Numbered from the whole stretch's first letter, positions 37,353 through 50,284 are shown. The stretch: 63,533 bases of DNA, filler included, from Atractiella rhizophila (GCA_021432655.1; 28 parts of 28 records of this genome joined end to end with filler, not necessarily neighbours in it); one strand, 5' to 3'. Notes: generated by a model not told the origin, from the sequence alone. Numbers and translations: made by a program.

Positions 37353-38551
37353 TTTCTTTGCTTTGTCCTTCTCTCACAACCATAACCATACCCCACAGCT
37401 TGATAACGTTGCGCAACCTAGCTGCCCACTCAAGTCAGTACTCAAGCAACGGAGCATGGGAAGAAACGGAAGGGACCTGAACAGCCATCTCACATCAAGG
37501 AAGCAAGATATGCAGCCCCGCATGTGGCACGCAACAAAGTACAGCCACACTCAGAATGCAGCCACCGTCCCTGCATTGAACGTCTTCATGATGAACTCCC
37601 GATTGTTAAAAGATGAAGGAGGTGGCAAAACCCATCTCAGAAGGTCTATGTACGTTCCTTTATCCTCTCATATCCTATTCAACTTGACATATCTTCATGT
37701 AGGATAGTCGCCTTGCCAGAGTATTGATGACTCTGAGGACTTAGATAGTGAAGAAAAAGGAAGATACAAGTGATGACGATGAGGAGGAGGAACCAGACAG
37801 TAGGGAATGACCAGCACTGCTGCTGAAACCGAAGGACAACCTCCCTGGAGTGGTCTATGACGAGCTGATGAAGAAGGGGATGGATCCAAATGCCAGGACT
37901 AAGGTAGAGAAGCGGTAGGGGAAGTCAAGGTCACAGGGATATGGGGATGGAGCAACTTCAAAGGCAGCGACTTCAGTGTGGTGCAGAAACAAATACAATG
38001 AGGCATGGCAACGGCAAGTCTTTGCATTCCCTGCTTCTAGTAGTTGGTAATTCTAATTCTAATGGATGTGAACGCATTAACAACATCTTCAAACCTCTTC
38101 CTTGGCAACCACTACCACCCCTAACACCACTTGACCAATGATCTGCAACGCTAGACACCATCATATTACTGCCTGATGATGAAGACAAAGAAGAAGCTCC
38201 TCTCCATCCTCATACCACCGTCGTCACATCTGTCATCTCTATCCCTCCTCCAATGCCCTCTCCAACAAGTCCCTGCCACTCTTTCTCTCTGTTAGGTTCC
38301 ATGGCATTACCTGGGACTCCCACAGCACCATACTCAGATACCTCTTCATCACCTATGGTGACATCAGAGAGACCCCAAGAAGAAGACCCAACCTTTATTG
38401 GATACTCTTGCCAAAGCAGAATCGCTTCATGATGGAGGAGAGCACCCAGCAGAAGAAGGCAAAACTTATGGAGTATGGAATAAGGGCTGCTTGGACCGAG
38501 CAACTGTTGCAACAGAATAAATTTATGATACACCTTCAAGGTTTAAATAAG

Positions 38552-38762
38552 CTTTGTTGTGTATGGTCCAAAAGGCGCTGACACGCGTATTCTGGTGGTA
38601 TGCTCACAATTTTGACTGGGTTGTTGTGGAGCAAAGAGTCACTTGAGGCAGTAAGAAGACAATTTTTTTGGTCTTTCAAATCAACTTTGTTGTATACGGT
38701 TCGAAAGGCGCCGACACGCGTATTCTGATGGTATGCTCAGATTTCTGGTAGGGTTGTTGTGG
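38552..38762 (+). repeat. About 77-bp imperfect direct repeat (38552..38628 / 38686..38762)
   Basis: CTTTGTTGTxTAxGGT...AAAGGCGCxGACACGCGTATTCTGxTGGTATGCTCA...GGGTTGTTGTGG occurs twice. Confidence 0.9.
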
Positions 38763-39077
38763 GTGGTGAGAGAAGTGCTCAAAAGTACATGTGTGAGTCA
38801 TGCTAAAAACCCGTCGTGCTTTATATATAAGGATAAGGATGGCGGCGCGTTACACGTTACATACCCCAAAATAGTGGACTGGAATGTGCTTGGCGTTACG
38901 CGTTACCACTCCAATCGAAAGAGTACTGTATAAGGATAAGGATGCCAAGAACTGACACATCTTAGAGGAAAGCATCTNNNNNNNNNNNNNNNNNNNNNNN
39001 NNNNNNNNNNNNNNNNNNNNNTTAATTAATTAANNNNNNNNNNNNNNNNNNNNNNNNNNNNNNNNNNNNNNNNNNNN

Positions 39078-39830
39078 TTCTGGGTGAGAAATGGAGAAGG
39101 TTTGCAACAGTTATTGTGATTCCTGAAAGTGGTCGGATATATTATATTGCGCCAGGGGAGCTCTTTTACCTTCAACACAAGGTCCCAAGTCCTAAATCTT
39201 TTGAAGATATTCGTACAATTGATGGTCAAGTTCACGAAACATTCAAAGCAGCCTGTGTGGCATCAGGTCTACTGGAAAGTGACAAAGAATGGGATTGGTG
39301 TCTGGAAGATGCCAACGCAGTCAAACAAGGATCTGCAATCCGTTCTCTTTTTGTCTATATTGTGGTCTTTGGAGTTGCCAGCGAACCATTACAACTGTTT
39401 CGAAGACACTATGACAAGCTCAATGATGATATGATGATTGTGCGCATCATCTGCAAACAGTTTATGGAATCGCTGCATCTTCTGAAGACCAGATCCGAGA
39501 CTTATGCCTTATTGAGCTGGAGGATCTGCTACATAGTCTAGGCAAGACACTAGAGGAGTATAGGCTGCCATTACCTGCTCACAGGTTTGGACAATGGGGA
39601 GGAGAGACGAGAATAATTGGAGAAGAGCTGGCGTACAATGTTACAGAGTTGGAGCAACGTCTTGATAGGGATCTTCCTCGTATGAATGAGGATCAACGAC
39701 ACACATACGATACAATCATCAAAGCCTGGCAGAGTGGCACCGGAGGACTCTTCTTTCTTGATGGACCTGGAGGAACTGGAAAGACTTTTGTTCAGAATCT
39801 TATACTGGCAAGATTTAGATTTGATATGTT
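39078..39830 (+). mobile_element. Helitron Rep/Hel remnant (PIF1 helicase start)
   Basis: GELFYL...PKSFEDIRTIDGQVHETFKAACVASGLLESDKEW...IRSLFVYI, and, after a frameshift, NEDQR...LFFLDGPGGTGKTF (Walker A). It stops abruptly. Confidence 0.93.
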
Positions 39831-40896
39831 AATAGGGGGTGTTCAACGCTTGGGTGTTTGATGTGTTCTGGAAAAACGCTTTGGGAATCTGTCTGGGAAC
39901 AAGTGCAGACAACAGGGTCTTTTATAACTTTTGGGGATCAAGGTTGCAATACAAGTCATGTGGGGATGATGGGTTCTAAGAGCGATCAATCTATTCGACA
40001 CAATAGGCCCTGTTACCACAGATGTAGGCACGTAGGACAACAACAATCAGATGCAAAGCTTAGGAGCCAGATGTATGGTAAGCCGGATGTGTGGCGAGCC
40101 AGAGGAGCAGACCTGTCGCCCAAGGGGTCGGAGTTGGTCGGTGATAAAACTGGTCGACCAGTTTTGACCTTCTTTTTGGCAGCAAATTTTCTCAAAATTC
40201 AAGCGCAAAACCATTTTTCCGCTTGCGGCCTCCGGCCGCTTTCGCAAAACCCTCGGGGCGACCATTTTGCCGCATTGTGCATCCCTTTTGGAACCTGCCT
40301 GTGCGCCTGTTCGCCAATTTGCCGTCACCCGTTCCCGTCTCTCATCTCTCATAGTCGCTTGGCTACGAAATTCATTGTAGAGTGGGCATTCATCAACCTT
40401 ATCTCATGCTCTCGATGTCTCGAAAAGTGAATTTAAAGAATATGCCTTCCGTTTATAGGTATCCTCATATGTTGCATCTGCATGGAACAATTTTCGCTTA
40501 CTATAGTCGAGGCTTCGCATTGGCATCCATTGATCCTGCTTCCTAGGAGTTAAGTCTCGCAAGCGATATTTGACCTTTTCTTTTTCCGTGCCAATTTTGA
40601 ATGCAATGCCGCTTGCTCCAGTCCCGCTTCTTCCTTGAGCGGCTCCGCTGGAGCGTCATTCAGCGTGGGAGCGAAACGTTCGGGGCTCTATTCTTTCAGA
40701 AAGAAAGTTTGTGAATCATGTTGAAGCAAACAGTTGAATGCATTGATCCGCTACCAACATCGAGGTTCAGCCAAAGATGTTGAGCAGCCTAAGATTGCAT
40801 TTAGAAGCTACAAGTGTGTCAGAGGCCTTCGTCCCTCAGGCCCCCCAACCCACTCGCAAGGGGCATGGCCCCTTGAACCCTACAGTGACTCTTGTG

Positions 40897-41096
40897 AGGG
40901 TTCGAGTCCAGTATGCAACACATTTTTCTACCCCTTTCAGAATAAAATTTCCTCGCGCATTCAGAAAGGCGCAAGCATGTTCAGTAAGATGGTGTAATTC
41001 ATTTCGTTTCAATGTGCCTGCTGAAGGTGGTATGAACGCTCAAAAGTGCGTTTTATGACTCATGCCAAGAATGGATGGCTTTTAGAGGTAAGGATA
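40897..41096 (+). repeat. Dispersed repeat copy 3
   Basis: Shares GGTGTAATTCATTTCGTTTCAATGTG...CTCAAAAGTGCGTTTTATGACTCATGCCAAGAA...GCTTTTAGAGGTAAGGAT with copy 2. Confidence 0.9.
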
Positions 41097-42682
41097 AAGA
41101 AGCTTCCTTCTCCAACCTCCAATCTTGAAAAGTGAAGAAAATTGGTTTATACAAGCAGATTGGATGTCGTCTTCCACTCCTCCTCCAAATCTGAGTCCAT
41201 TCGTGGAAGAACAGCTCGAGCTTTGCNNNNNNNNNNNNNNNNNNNNNNNNNNNNNNNNNNNNNNNNNNNNTTAATTAATTAANNNNNNNNNNNNNNNNNN
41301 NNNNNNNNNNNNNNNNNNNNNNNNNNCTGAAAAAGAACTTATTTGGTTTTTAGCAAAGAGATTCCTCGGGATTGCGTCGCCAGTCATTTCATCAGAGGGA
41401 ACTCACCGGGGCCGGTCTCTCCCCATGAACTCAAATGACATCATACCACTCAGGCTCCCATCCCTCTTTTTATAAACATCAACGTTCTACCTCGACGTTG
41501 ACTTCAAGTTCCACTGGCAACTTACATTTATGTCCCAACAGGTTGAAGAAAAGATCGAAATGACGCACCCGTTGGAGTCTTCACTGAAACTCTCAACTCC
41601 ACTATCCTCCCTTCCCGTCAAGCTGGACCCGAAAAAGGCGTTAGAAAGTAGGGAGAAGTATGGATTGGACGAGGTCATGAGATTCCAAAGATTGTGCGTT
41701 GCTCCCACATTTAAGTTACCTTCACGTCTGTCGAAGCTATTGCAGTTGATGACATTGCAAGCCCTATTGTTCAAAAGGTTCATTAATCTTACCACCACTT
41801 GGACCGGGATGATGTTGTGTCATTCCTTACAGATCTAGAGTTAATTTGTTGTCTTATTATTTCTTCTTTCCGTTGGCCATGTATCTTGAGGCAGTAGGGA
41901 GAGAGAGTATTGTGCCTGCTGGTGTGTGGAAGTTAGGTAAACTTCTCAGGATACAGAAAGGATGGAAAGAAGTTGAATATGTCAGAGAACGTTTGCTCCT
42001 TTTCAGCAACTGCGCGATGTTGTATCCTTATATCCTCGATGATATTCCTACCGTTCACACGTAACGATGCTGCCGATCAACGCAGCCCTTGTTTTCGTTC
42101 TCGAAGCCAACCTTGTTTTAACAAAATGGTATTAATTAAGAGATTTCAACTGTTTTCGACAGAGAATGCACTTTTTTTAAAAGCGTTTGATATCTAGGTA
42201 TATCCTCCTTGAACTTGTAGCGCTCAAGGTGTCAAATTGCCCGCGAGTCTCCTTTCATGTGTTCTACAGAATTGAAGGACTTTGGTCGTAACGAAAAGTT
42301 ATGGAAGGTGTTCTTCTATAAATGTTCCAAAGTCAAATCATCTCAGTATCATCTTGCACATTGATGGCGAGATCAATTGGCATGTTTTTGAATATTGATT
42401 CCTGACAACATAAATGCAACAGAAGAAGCAGTCGCTACATTCGCAGACTTGAAGGATGCCTACTTAATTTCTCGTGGAAGAAGCAACGAAAGCATTGATC
42501 TTGCCTATTCACCCTGCAATCTCTTCACGTTGTCGAAGAGCAGAATGTTATATGATGATATTACGATACTGGGGTTAACCAAGTGCAGAAATTTGTATAC
42601 ATATAATGGTGCATAGTTTATTCTCGCTTTAATCTGCGTCATGGACACATCTGCCTTCAACTCAAATTCCAGTACCTTGCTG

Positions 42683-43474
42683 ATATGCCGGACAGGGCCA
42701 ATTACATCTCCGTAGCACAAATATTCCTCCAATCGAACGCCTTGCTCGACTCCACTCTCCAAAAATCAGATGTCAAAAAGCGACTAGTATGTCAATATCT
42801 TCGTTGTATCTTATTCGCACTCAGCAATTCTAGTTGGGGCATTGGGGAACCTGTCCCGGTTTGACCCTCTTGTACTCGCACTGGTCCTCAATTGTCACCC
42901 GTTCTCTTAATTCGGATCCCATCAAATCTATCTTCGTTACAGGACCTGGACATGGAGCGCCATCCGTTCTCTCTTGTTTGTACCTTGAGGGGACCATCAC
43001 TCACTTTTATCCTCAATACTCGCTTGACAAGAAAGGCTTCGAAAAATTCACTCATGACTTCTCTTTCCCGAAAGGGTTTCCGAGCCATTGCAATTCGGAG
43101 ACGCCCGGACAAATTCACGAAGGTGGTGAGTTGGGGTATGTCCAGCTTTACATTTATTGTACTAGAGGTGATCGACACCTGACGACTATAAAGATATGCA
43201 CTCGCGGTGGCTTACGGGAGCGTGATGGATGATCCTGACCTCGTCACTCTTTGCGTGGTTGGGGACGGAGAAAGCGAAACCGGGTACGTGTCAACTTCTT
43301 TCTAGAGTAGTCAGCCTGCTCATAGCATATCGTGATGGCAGACCAACAGCTACCGCATGGCACGCCCACAAGTATATTGATCCCACTGAGAGTGGGGCGG
43401 TCCTTCCCGTCTTGCACCTGAAGTTAGTGCTTCCTTTTCCGTTTGCCCCTTTGTTACCAAAGTGATTCCTTCAC
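42683..43474 (+). CDS. xfp: Xylulose-5-phosphate/fructose-6-phosphate phosphoketolase, 5' part
   Basis: RANYISVAQIFL...KRL/LGHWGTCPG, GPGHGAP, FPSHCNSETPGQIHEGGELGY, TPP motif VVGDGESETG/PTATAWH...GAVLPVLHL. Exact start uncertain. Confidence 0.95.
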
Positions 43475-43574
43475 NNNNNNNNNNNNNNNNNNNNNNNNNN
43501 NNNNNNNNNNNNNNNNNNTTAATTAATTAANNNNNNNNNNNNNNNNNNNNNNNNNNNNNNNNNNNNNNNNNNNN

Positions 43575-43856
43575 TAGTTGATCACGTACATGATCCAGAG
43601 AATGGGAAGGAGGTGAAGATCCAACTTGAGTCGAAGACGACGCTCTTCAGGAGTGTCCGGGGTGTAATGGTATTCCACATATTGAAAGTCGGCACCGCCA
43701 TCGTTCCTGTCGATGAGTTCAGTTGACGGGATAACGATGTGGATAGGCAGGAACATACCGGTATTGGTGTGGCTGGAATTCCTCTTTTTTCACATCAAAA
43801 GATGAACTTCCAAAACTCGAAGTAGAGGTTCGCGGTTCAGATCGTTCGGAACTCAT
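43575..43856 (-). CDS. MFS transporter (anion:cation symporter/allantoate permease-like), N-terminus only
   Basis: EERRLRLKLDLHLLPILWIMYVINY is the typical lead-in to TM1. Confidence 0.8.
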
Positions 43857-45093
43857 CCTTCCCAAGCCTCGATGACTATACAGAGCAGCTTGAAAGCAAA
43901 GCAAAGTTTTGACGGATGGCCATGTTTTTATGCCCTCTGTCCCTTATCAAATCCAGCGATGGACGGACCGTTCGGCCGACTGGATCGTGGAGGAGGGGAA
44001 ATCGGGTATGCGAAGTAGTGATGGCGGAGACCACCATGAAAGTGATCAGCGCAGAAAATCGCGCCGAATTCGACTAGTAAATACTGTTTATCCGCAACAG
44101 TAGGTACATCTTCTCAACCTACAGGCCTGATTGTCACATAATGTACTGCATGTTGGGCTTGAACATTAATGTTTCACCTGCAATGCGGTGCATGGATCTT
44201 TGGTAACTGCTTTCCCCTTGTCTGTTCTGCTGCATCATTTCGAGACAGCATCCCTGACGGATATCAGCTTGTCTATTTTAATGGCGTGGAGGGAATATGT
44301 AACCTCCGGCGATGAGGCGAGCCAGGAGAATGTTCCCAGTTCCGTTGAGCAGAACTCAGGTTAGAAACGTGGGTACAAAATGCAGCTCTTGCCTTGCCAT
44401 ATGGACGAGGAAGTGGACGGTTATAATGTACGAGGTAATTCTAGTTGTCTTCCGCGACCATAAATTCTTTTAGAAGGAAGGAAAAGAGCAAGGTGTGATA
44501 CTCAGAGCCCACTTTGAGCTATTAACAGTGCATGTTCAACACGCCTCCCTTGCATGTTACAACCAATGCTCAATTGGGTATACACTCCAGCTCACAAGCC
44601 TTTTATCATCCGCTATCCCTGTTCTCGTTCCTTGCTATCTAAGCACCATAAACTGCACTCCTTCCTTCTGTGTTTCTGTCTCTGTCTGCTTTACAGTTCA
44701 TGCCCCCTTAAGATGAGTCATCCTCATGTCCAAACTTTGAAGCAGTTGGCGCGCCTGCGCCTGGCATGGACGCTGGCATGGACGGGGATGGATAACACAA
44801 GAGTCATTCTACTCGTCTCTAGGATGTGCGCTTGCTGCTATTCTCGCATTATGAAAGTCTCTGAACCAGCAACGACGTTGTGAACTCTTCCCGGTTCTCC
44901 TTCCGCTCCTCTCGCTACTCCGGTGGAATCGTACACTCCGATTTTTTGGCCGCTGGACTTGTTCTTCGTAACGGCAGGTATAAGATGGCACGCTTTACTT
45001 GTTGTCCTACCTCCAAGCCTATTCTCCAACGCGTCTTTTGCATAAACAAGAAGACAAAAGCTGCTGTGCAGTTCTCACAGTCGAAACTAAAAT

Positions 45094-45715
45094 ATGTCAA
45101 GCTCCCAAGACGACAAGAACCTCTACAACTACGAGTGCGCTTTCTCCTTCAGACCCTTGGGCATTAACGTTTATCTTGAATTGAACAAGCCCGAATGACA
45201 TTCTCCCTCTCGTCGCGGCTGCCATCTTCGCCGCTACGTTGGGCCTACACTTATGGCAGGCTTTTAGGAGCAAGTCGTATAACTACATGGTTCGTCGTTC
45301 CTCAGTTGTTAGCTTCATACTGCTCAACAAAATTCTGCCGTTGTCACAGTGGGCTTTCATACTGGGAATTGTCCTCGAAACTGGAGGCTACCTTTGTCGT
45401 CGCCTCTCAACCCAGAAGCAAGAGTACGTCTACCCCTTTGTCCTTTTCTTGAGCTATAAATGTTCAATCATCTCTCTCTTACAGCTCCTTGATGCTTTTT
45501 GTGATTCAACAACTTCTTGTCGTCGTAGCGTACGCTCTCTCTTCCTTCCACGAAGACCCGGCTAACAGACGAATAGGCCAGCACTTCTTGGTACCTCTTC
45601 TCTCTTCAAGGTAATAACGTCTTGAATTGACTCTGGTCGGTGAAGCTGCAAGCCTTTACCAATCCTACGGCCGCCTAACACTCTTCGTACAAGAGTCCTA
45701 TTCCCCGATGCGGCC
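45094..45715 (+). CDS. RTA1-family (lipid-translocating exporter-like) membrane protein, 5' part
   Basis: Spliced LYNYDPNDILPLVAAAIFAATLGLHLWQAFR...LETGGYLCR...FVIQQLLVVVAPALLAASLYQSYGRL...SPMRP. Confidence 0.9.
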
Positions 45716-47338
45716 NNNNNNNNNNNNNNNNNNNNNNNNNNNNNNNNNNNNNNNNNNNNTTAATTAATTAANNNNNNNNNNNNNNNNNNNNNNNNNNNNN
45801 NNNNNNNNNNNNNNNTTTCCAAGCAAAAGATCAGAAAGAGGATACCTTTGTTTGGATCCTGCATCGTCACCACTCCGACAAACAAGAAACACACTTTTCG
45901 TGTGAGCCGGGAGCAGACGACGATCTCGTTGATGACAGTGAAGGAGTGGGTTTGGAGACACATGTATGACTTCAGTTTCGCTGCGACTTCGATTCTCCAG
46001 CTGCAGGTTCAAGTTCGAAGAATAAGGACGTGTAATTGCGCGAATATATGCAACTAAGAGCATACAGTGACTACTGCCATGATTAGAAGCTGTACGTGGT
46101 TCATGGAAGTCAGAAGCGCACCTTATCAATAACAACATTGACCGGGACCTGCCATCTTCCTCTTCCAAGCCGCTCCGTCTCCGACCCCCATCCACGACAT
46201 CAAATCCGTCGCTTGGCATGAGCTTCCACAAGCCCTTGTGTGACGTTAAGACCCTCAATCGCGTAGTACTGCAATCTATCCGAAAGAGGGTAAGGAGGTG
46301 ATATTGGAGGCAGAGCGTCGAGTAGGAGAAGGCTGTGAAATGAGAAGCTTGATCGGAATGTTCGAGGTCCAGCGCCGAATCCATCTCGTGGTAAAGGAGG
46401 GTCGGACGGACGTATGTGAGAGGTTTCTGCAACAAATCCAAATCATTGATCAGTACACGAAGAAAGGCATGAGATTGAATAGAAGCTAGCTTCGTCGCAG
46501 TGGTAAGTGCCTTGTCTCCATGTCCCGTACGCCGATCCTAGACCTGCTATGCTGCTGAATGTCGTTCGTTCCAATGTCACAAATGCGAACGAGAAGAAGC
46601 AGTGCGTGGCGAGGGACATCGGATTCGGGTCGTTTTGTTCGCTTGATAATGCAAATCTGGGTTATTCGAGGACAAAGGACGGGACAAAAGGAGGGAGGAA
46701 AGCAATAGGAAGGTCAAAGAGCAGGACGCCGAGGTTGGAGTAAGCAACATAGCTGTGACATCAAAATGCACTGAGGGATGGAATAAGAAAGGAAAGTTGG
46801 TGGCTGCAGAGCAGGGCGAAATAGTAAGCGTGAGCTTCAAAAGCTTTCGCAGCTAACCGGGACTGGAAGGATACATGTGGAAGAGAAAAACACACCTGTT
46901 GCAATACCCCTCAACTGCTGAGGCACTCATTGGATGGTGGAACAAGTTGATTGCGTTGTTCAACGTGCGCGGTTGGGCAGGGCAGACGCAAGTTGGGTTA
47001 TTTGCTAGTAGTTGTCACTCGTCAATTGGCTGATGCGGTTGATGTAATTGATGTAATTGATGAAAAACCGCCAAAGTTTCAAATCAAGCCCACAGCGTCC
47101 AGAAGTGTCTCGAAAGCCATTGAGAGCGTCATAAGGGTGTCTCCAGTGTCTACAAGGCGTCAAACCAGCAGCTGCAAGTTCCCAGGGGATCATTAGGCAT
47201 AACCGAAAGTGATGTCATCCAACTTCATCTCTTCGATATAAGAACCCTCCGGCTTCTCTTTCAAACGAACGAAGGATCTCGCTCTGGCTTGATCACAGTT
47301 ATACGATATATCACAAATCGACGCTACAAACCACTGGC

Positions 47339-47953
47339 ATGACCTCCACCACCAAACAAGTCTGGCCCACCGAGTCCCCCAACGATCCCCCAACCCAAAA
47401 GCAAAAGGGCTTTGCTGAACAGTTGGTGAAATCTCGAGCAGTAAGAGAGGAGGAACTTGACTCAGTGAAAACGAAGGGGGAAATGTCGGAGTTCATCGCT
47501 CATGTGCGTTTTCACTCCATTCTCCTCTGCACAAACTGAGGTGGTGAATAGGCTGTTTCGGATGCGAAACATGCAGGACAAACGGGGTTCGATCCCACCA
47601 AAGCTCCTTCTCAAGAACAGAGGGACGGGCCGGCGACCCAAGCGCAATTGAATTTTGCGTCTCGGTAAGTCACTCTGAGACTATTTTCCTAGGATGCTCT
47701 CTGACTTGTGGAATGATTGCTGGCAGACTTGCGAAATCGACCTTTGTTGACTCCGCGTTGCTCGATAGTGGAGCTCTCAAAACCAAAGGAGCAGTCTCAG
47801 ACTTCATCCAAGATTCCCAACGCGCCATCGCTCATGCTGCAGATGGTCCAGTGAATCCTGTAAAGACTGTGAAACCAGGACAGGCGGAAGATGATCCTCC
47901 TACCAAGAAGCAGTTGGAGTTTGCTCAACGGTGCGCCTCCCAGTATTTTCAAG
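47339..47953 (+). CDS. Tandem-repeat protein with at least three PxTxxQxxFA...TKGxxSxFI modules, 3'-truncated
   Basis: DPPTQKQKGFAEQL...KTKGEMSEFI / GPATQAQLNFASRL...KTKGAVSDFI / DPPTKKQLEFAQR. Clean GT-AG introns. Confidence 0.8.
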
Positions 47954-48053
47954 NNNNNNNNNNNNNNNNNNNNNNNNNNNNNNNNNNNNNNNNNNNNTTA
48001 ATTAATTAANNNNNNNNNNNNNNNNNNNNNNNNNNNNNNNNNNNNNNNNNNNN

Positions 48054-50184
48054 CATTGTCCCAGCTGGGACTCATAATCATCCATCTGCTCCTCCGTCCA
48101 AGATTACCTCAAATCAACATCAAGAAATAGCTATCTGGATTGAGAAGATGGCTGCAGCTGACAAAAGAGTAACACCGGCAAGATTTCTTCGAGGTATGTG
48201 GACGTATATCAATTAACTACAATGGCTTCTAATGACGGGTTCAGATGGTACAGTGCGGCAAAGTCTGAATAAGAAATTGCCAGTTCAGCATATTCCAGGC
48301 TTAGTCAATCGAGCTCAGACAGCTAAATCAGTTAGGGACGCTCTCGCTAAAGGGAAGAGTAGTGTTGGTCGGGAGCAGCTTTCGGGTTTAGATGGTATGT
48401 ATTTGATTGTCCTTTTGGTCTATTCTGATATTGGGCTCAATGTGACAGAAATAATCATGATGCGGATAGAAGAACAGAAAGCACAAGATCCGGAGAACCA
48501 ATATATTCGACTAGCTGAACGCTACGGTCCAAAAGGAGAAAATGAACTTATCATTTGCTTTCTTAAGCATCAGGCACAGTGTTTGTTGCAAGCAAATCGA
48601 CTTGCTATTGACGACACTTATTCTGGCGCTGCTGGTTACATTGAATGGGAGGCAGCAGTGATGTATCGAGGAAATCGTAGGTTATTCACTATATTTAATG
48701 AATTCTGATTAAACATTGCATAGGTATGTGTGTCGGAACAGCTTTTCATCGTGGCGCACAAGATGAAGATGCAATGTTCCGTCTCTTATCAACTTTCTTT
48801 AATCTAGTAAAGGAAGTTACCGGAAATGCGGTCATCTTTAGCTGGATGACAGGATATCAAACAGAGGGAATTAATCTGGTTCTGGAGGACTTCAACTCTC
48901 CAGGAGGAGGCGCTCTTGACCGCTACTGGCGCTCTCTTCTGATGGATTACGTAGAGCCTCCATTTCAACTTGCGGATGGAGATACATGGCCACTTGGACG
49001 CTTTCAGACACTGAAGCATGGCCATGCATTATGTTACCGTCATGGAACAGTGTACGTTCGATATTTGATATATTAGATCCTAAATAATGCCTTTATGGAT
49101 AGGAATCTTCATCCTTATGCGAATTCCCTCCAAACCAATCCTGAAGCCATCAAATTCTGGAATGAATGTCTTTCGGATCTTGAAAGATTGGAGCTCAGTT
49201 CGAGAACTCTCTTGAGGGAACCATGGATGGCAGGAATCTTTATTCAACCTCAATCACTTTATACCTATATTACCAAATTTCGAGAGATTACAGACAGGTC
49301 CCAGTGGAGAATGTGGCTTTATATCTCTGAACGCATGCCAGACAATAACTTTCAAAGTGAGTATTCAATTTTTGGTTGGTAGATGCCTTTTTAGCTTCTT
49401 TTAGATTGGTTTCGAAACAAACAAAGCAATCCTTGGTTCTGGGAATCAAGTGTCGCCTGTCTAACGCGTATTCCTCTTCAATTATGGAAACATGAAGATA
49501 GAACAACAAATATTGTCGAAACTGTTCATGACCGTAACTACACAGAATTTGGGAAGAACCTCGCGTTAGCTGCTGCAGTGCAACAGTCTGTTTCTCTGCT
49601 TATCTTATGGAATTCAACTAATCTGTGGTTTATACTCAGGCGCAAGAAGTATCAACAGGATATTCGGGAGACTGATAACATTTCCGAAAACACAGGTGTA
49701 ATAAGACAGGGACCAAGTGCAGGCAGCCAGACTGCTGCTTTCCGAAACAAGGCAACACGACATCAAAACCTCGCAACTCACACTGCCAGCAGCAAGATGA
49801 CAGAAGTCGAAAAGTCGAAAGTGGAAGTTGATGTCTTGACTGTCATCAAATTCCTTAGACTTCACAAGAAGAATACTGAAAGTACAGTCCAACTAATGTC
49901 GAGAGGAAATGCACCGGAGCACTTCAAAGAAAATGTCGAAGATATCAAAATCAAGCTGAACTGGCTGAAGCAGTGCTTGACAAAGTGGAATACCTTTGAA
50001 AAGAGACTGAGAAATATGCGGCAACTGACGAGTACAACATACTCCGAACAGAGTGCGATGGTAGAGCATAGAAAGCTCTTCTCTGAGCTATTTATGTCGT
50101 CTCCATCAAATATTTACGAGTCAGTTTGGGGAGATACAACTTTACAAGCAGTGGCTGCTTATTGGGTAGCTTTCTTATTTATTT
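48054..50184 (+). mobile_element. MULE (Mutator)-like DDE transposase gene, intron-containing, both ends cut
   Basis: GTHNHP (WRKY/GCM1-type end), IDDTY (D1), LEDF (D2), CYRH (CxxH) and TTNIVETVH (E) occur in the expected order across exons. Confidence 0.7.
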
Positions 50185-50284
50185 NNNNNNNNNNNNNNNN
50201 NNNNNNNNNNNNNNNNNNNNNNNNNNNNTTAATTAATTAANNNNNNNNNNNNNNNNNNNNNNNNNNNNNNNNNNNNNNNNNNNN

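Noticed and set aside
40860..40920. tRNA or SINE suggested by B-box GGTTCGAGTCC (40899..40909)
   Set aside because: There is no cloverleaf or A-box, and the homologous repeat copy has GGTTTGAGTCC.
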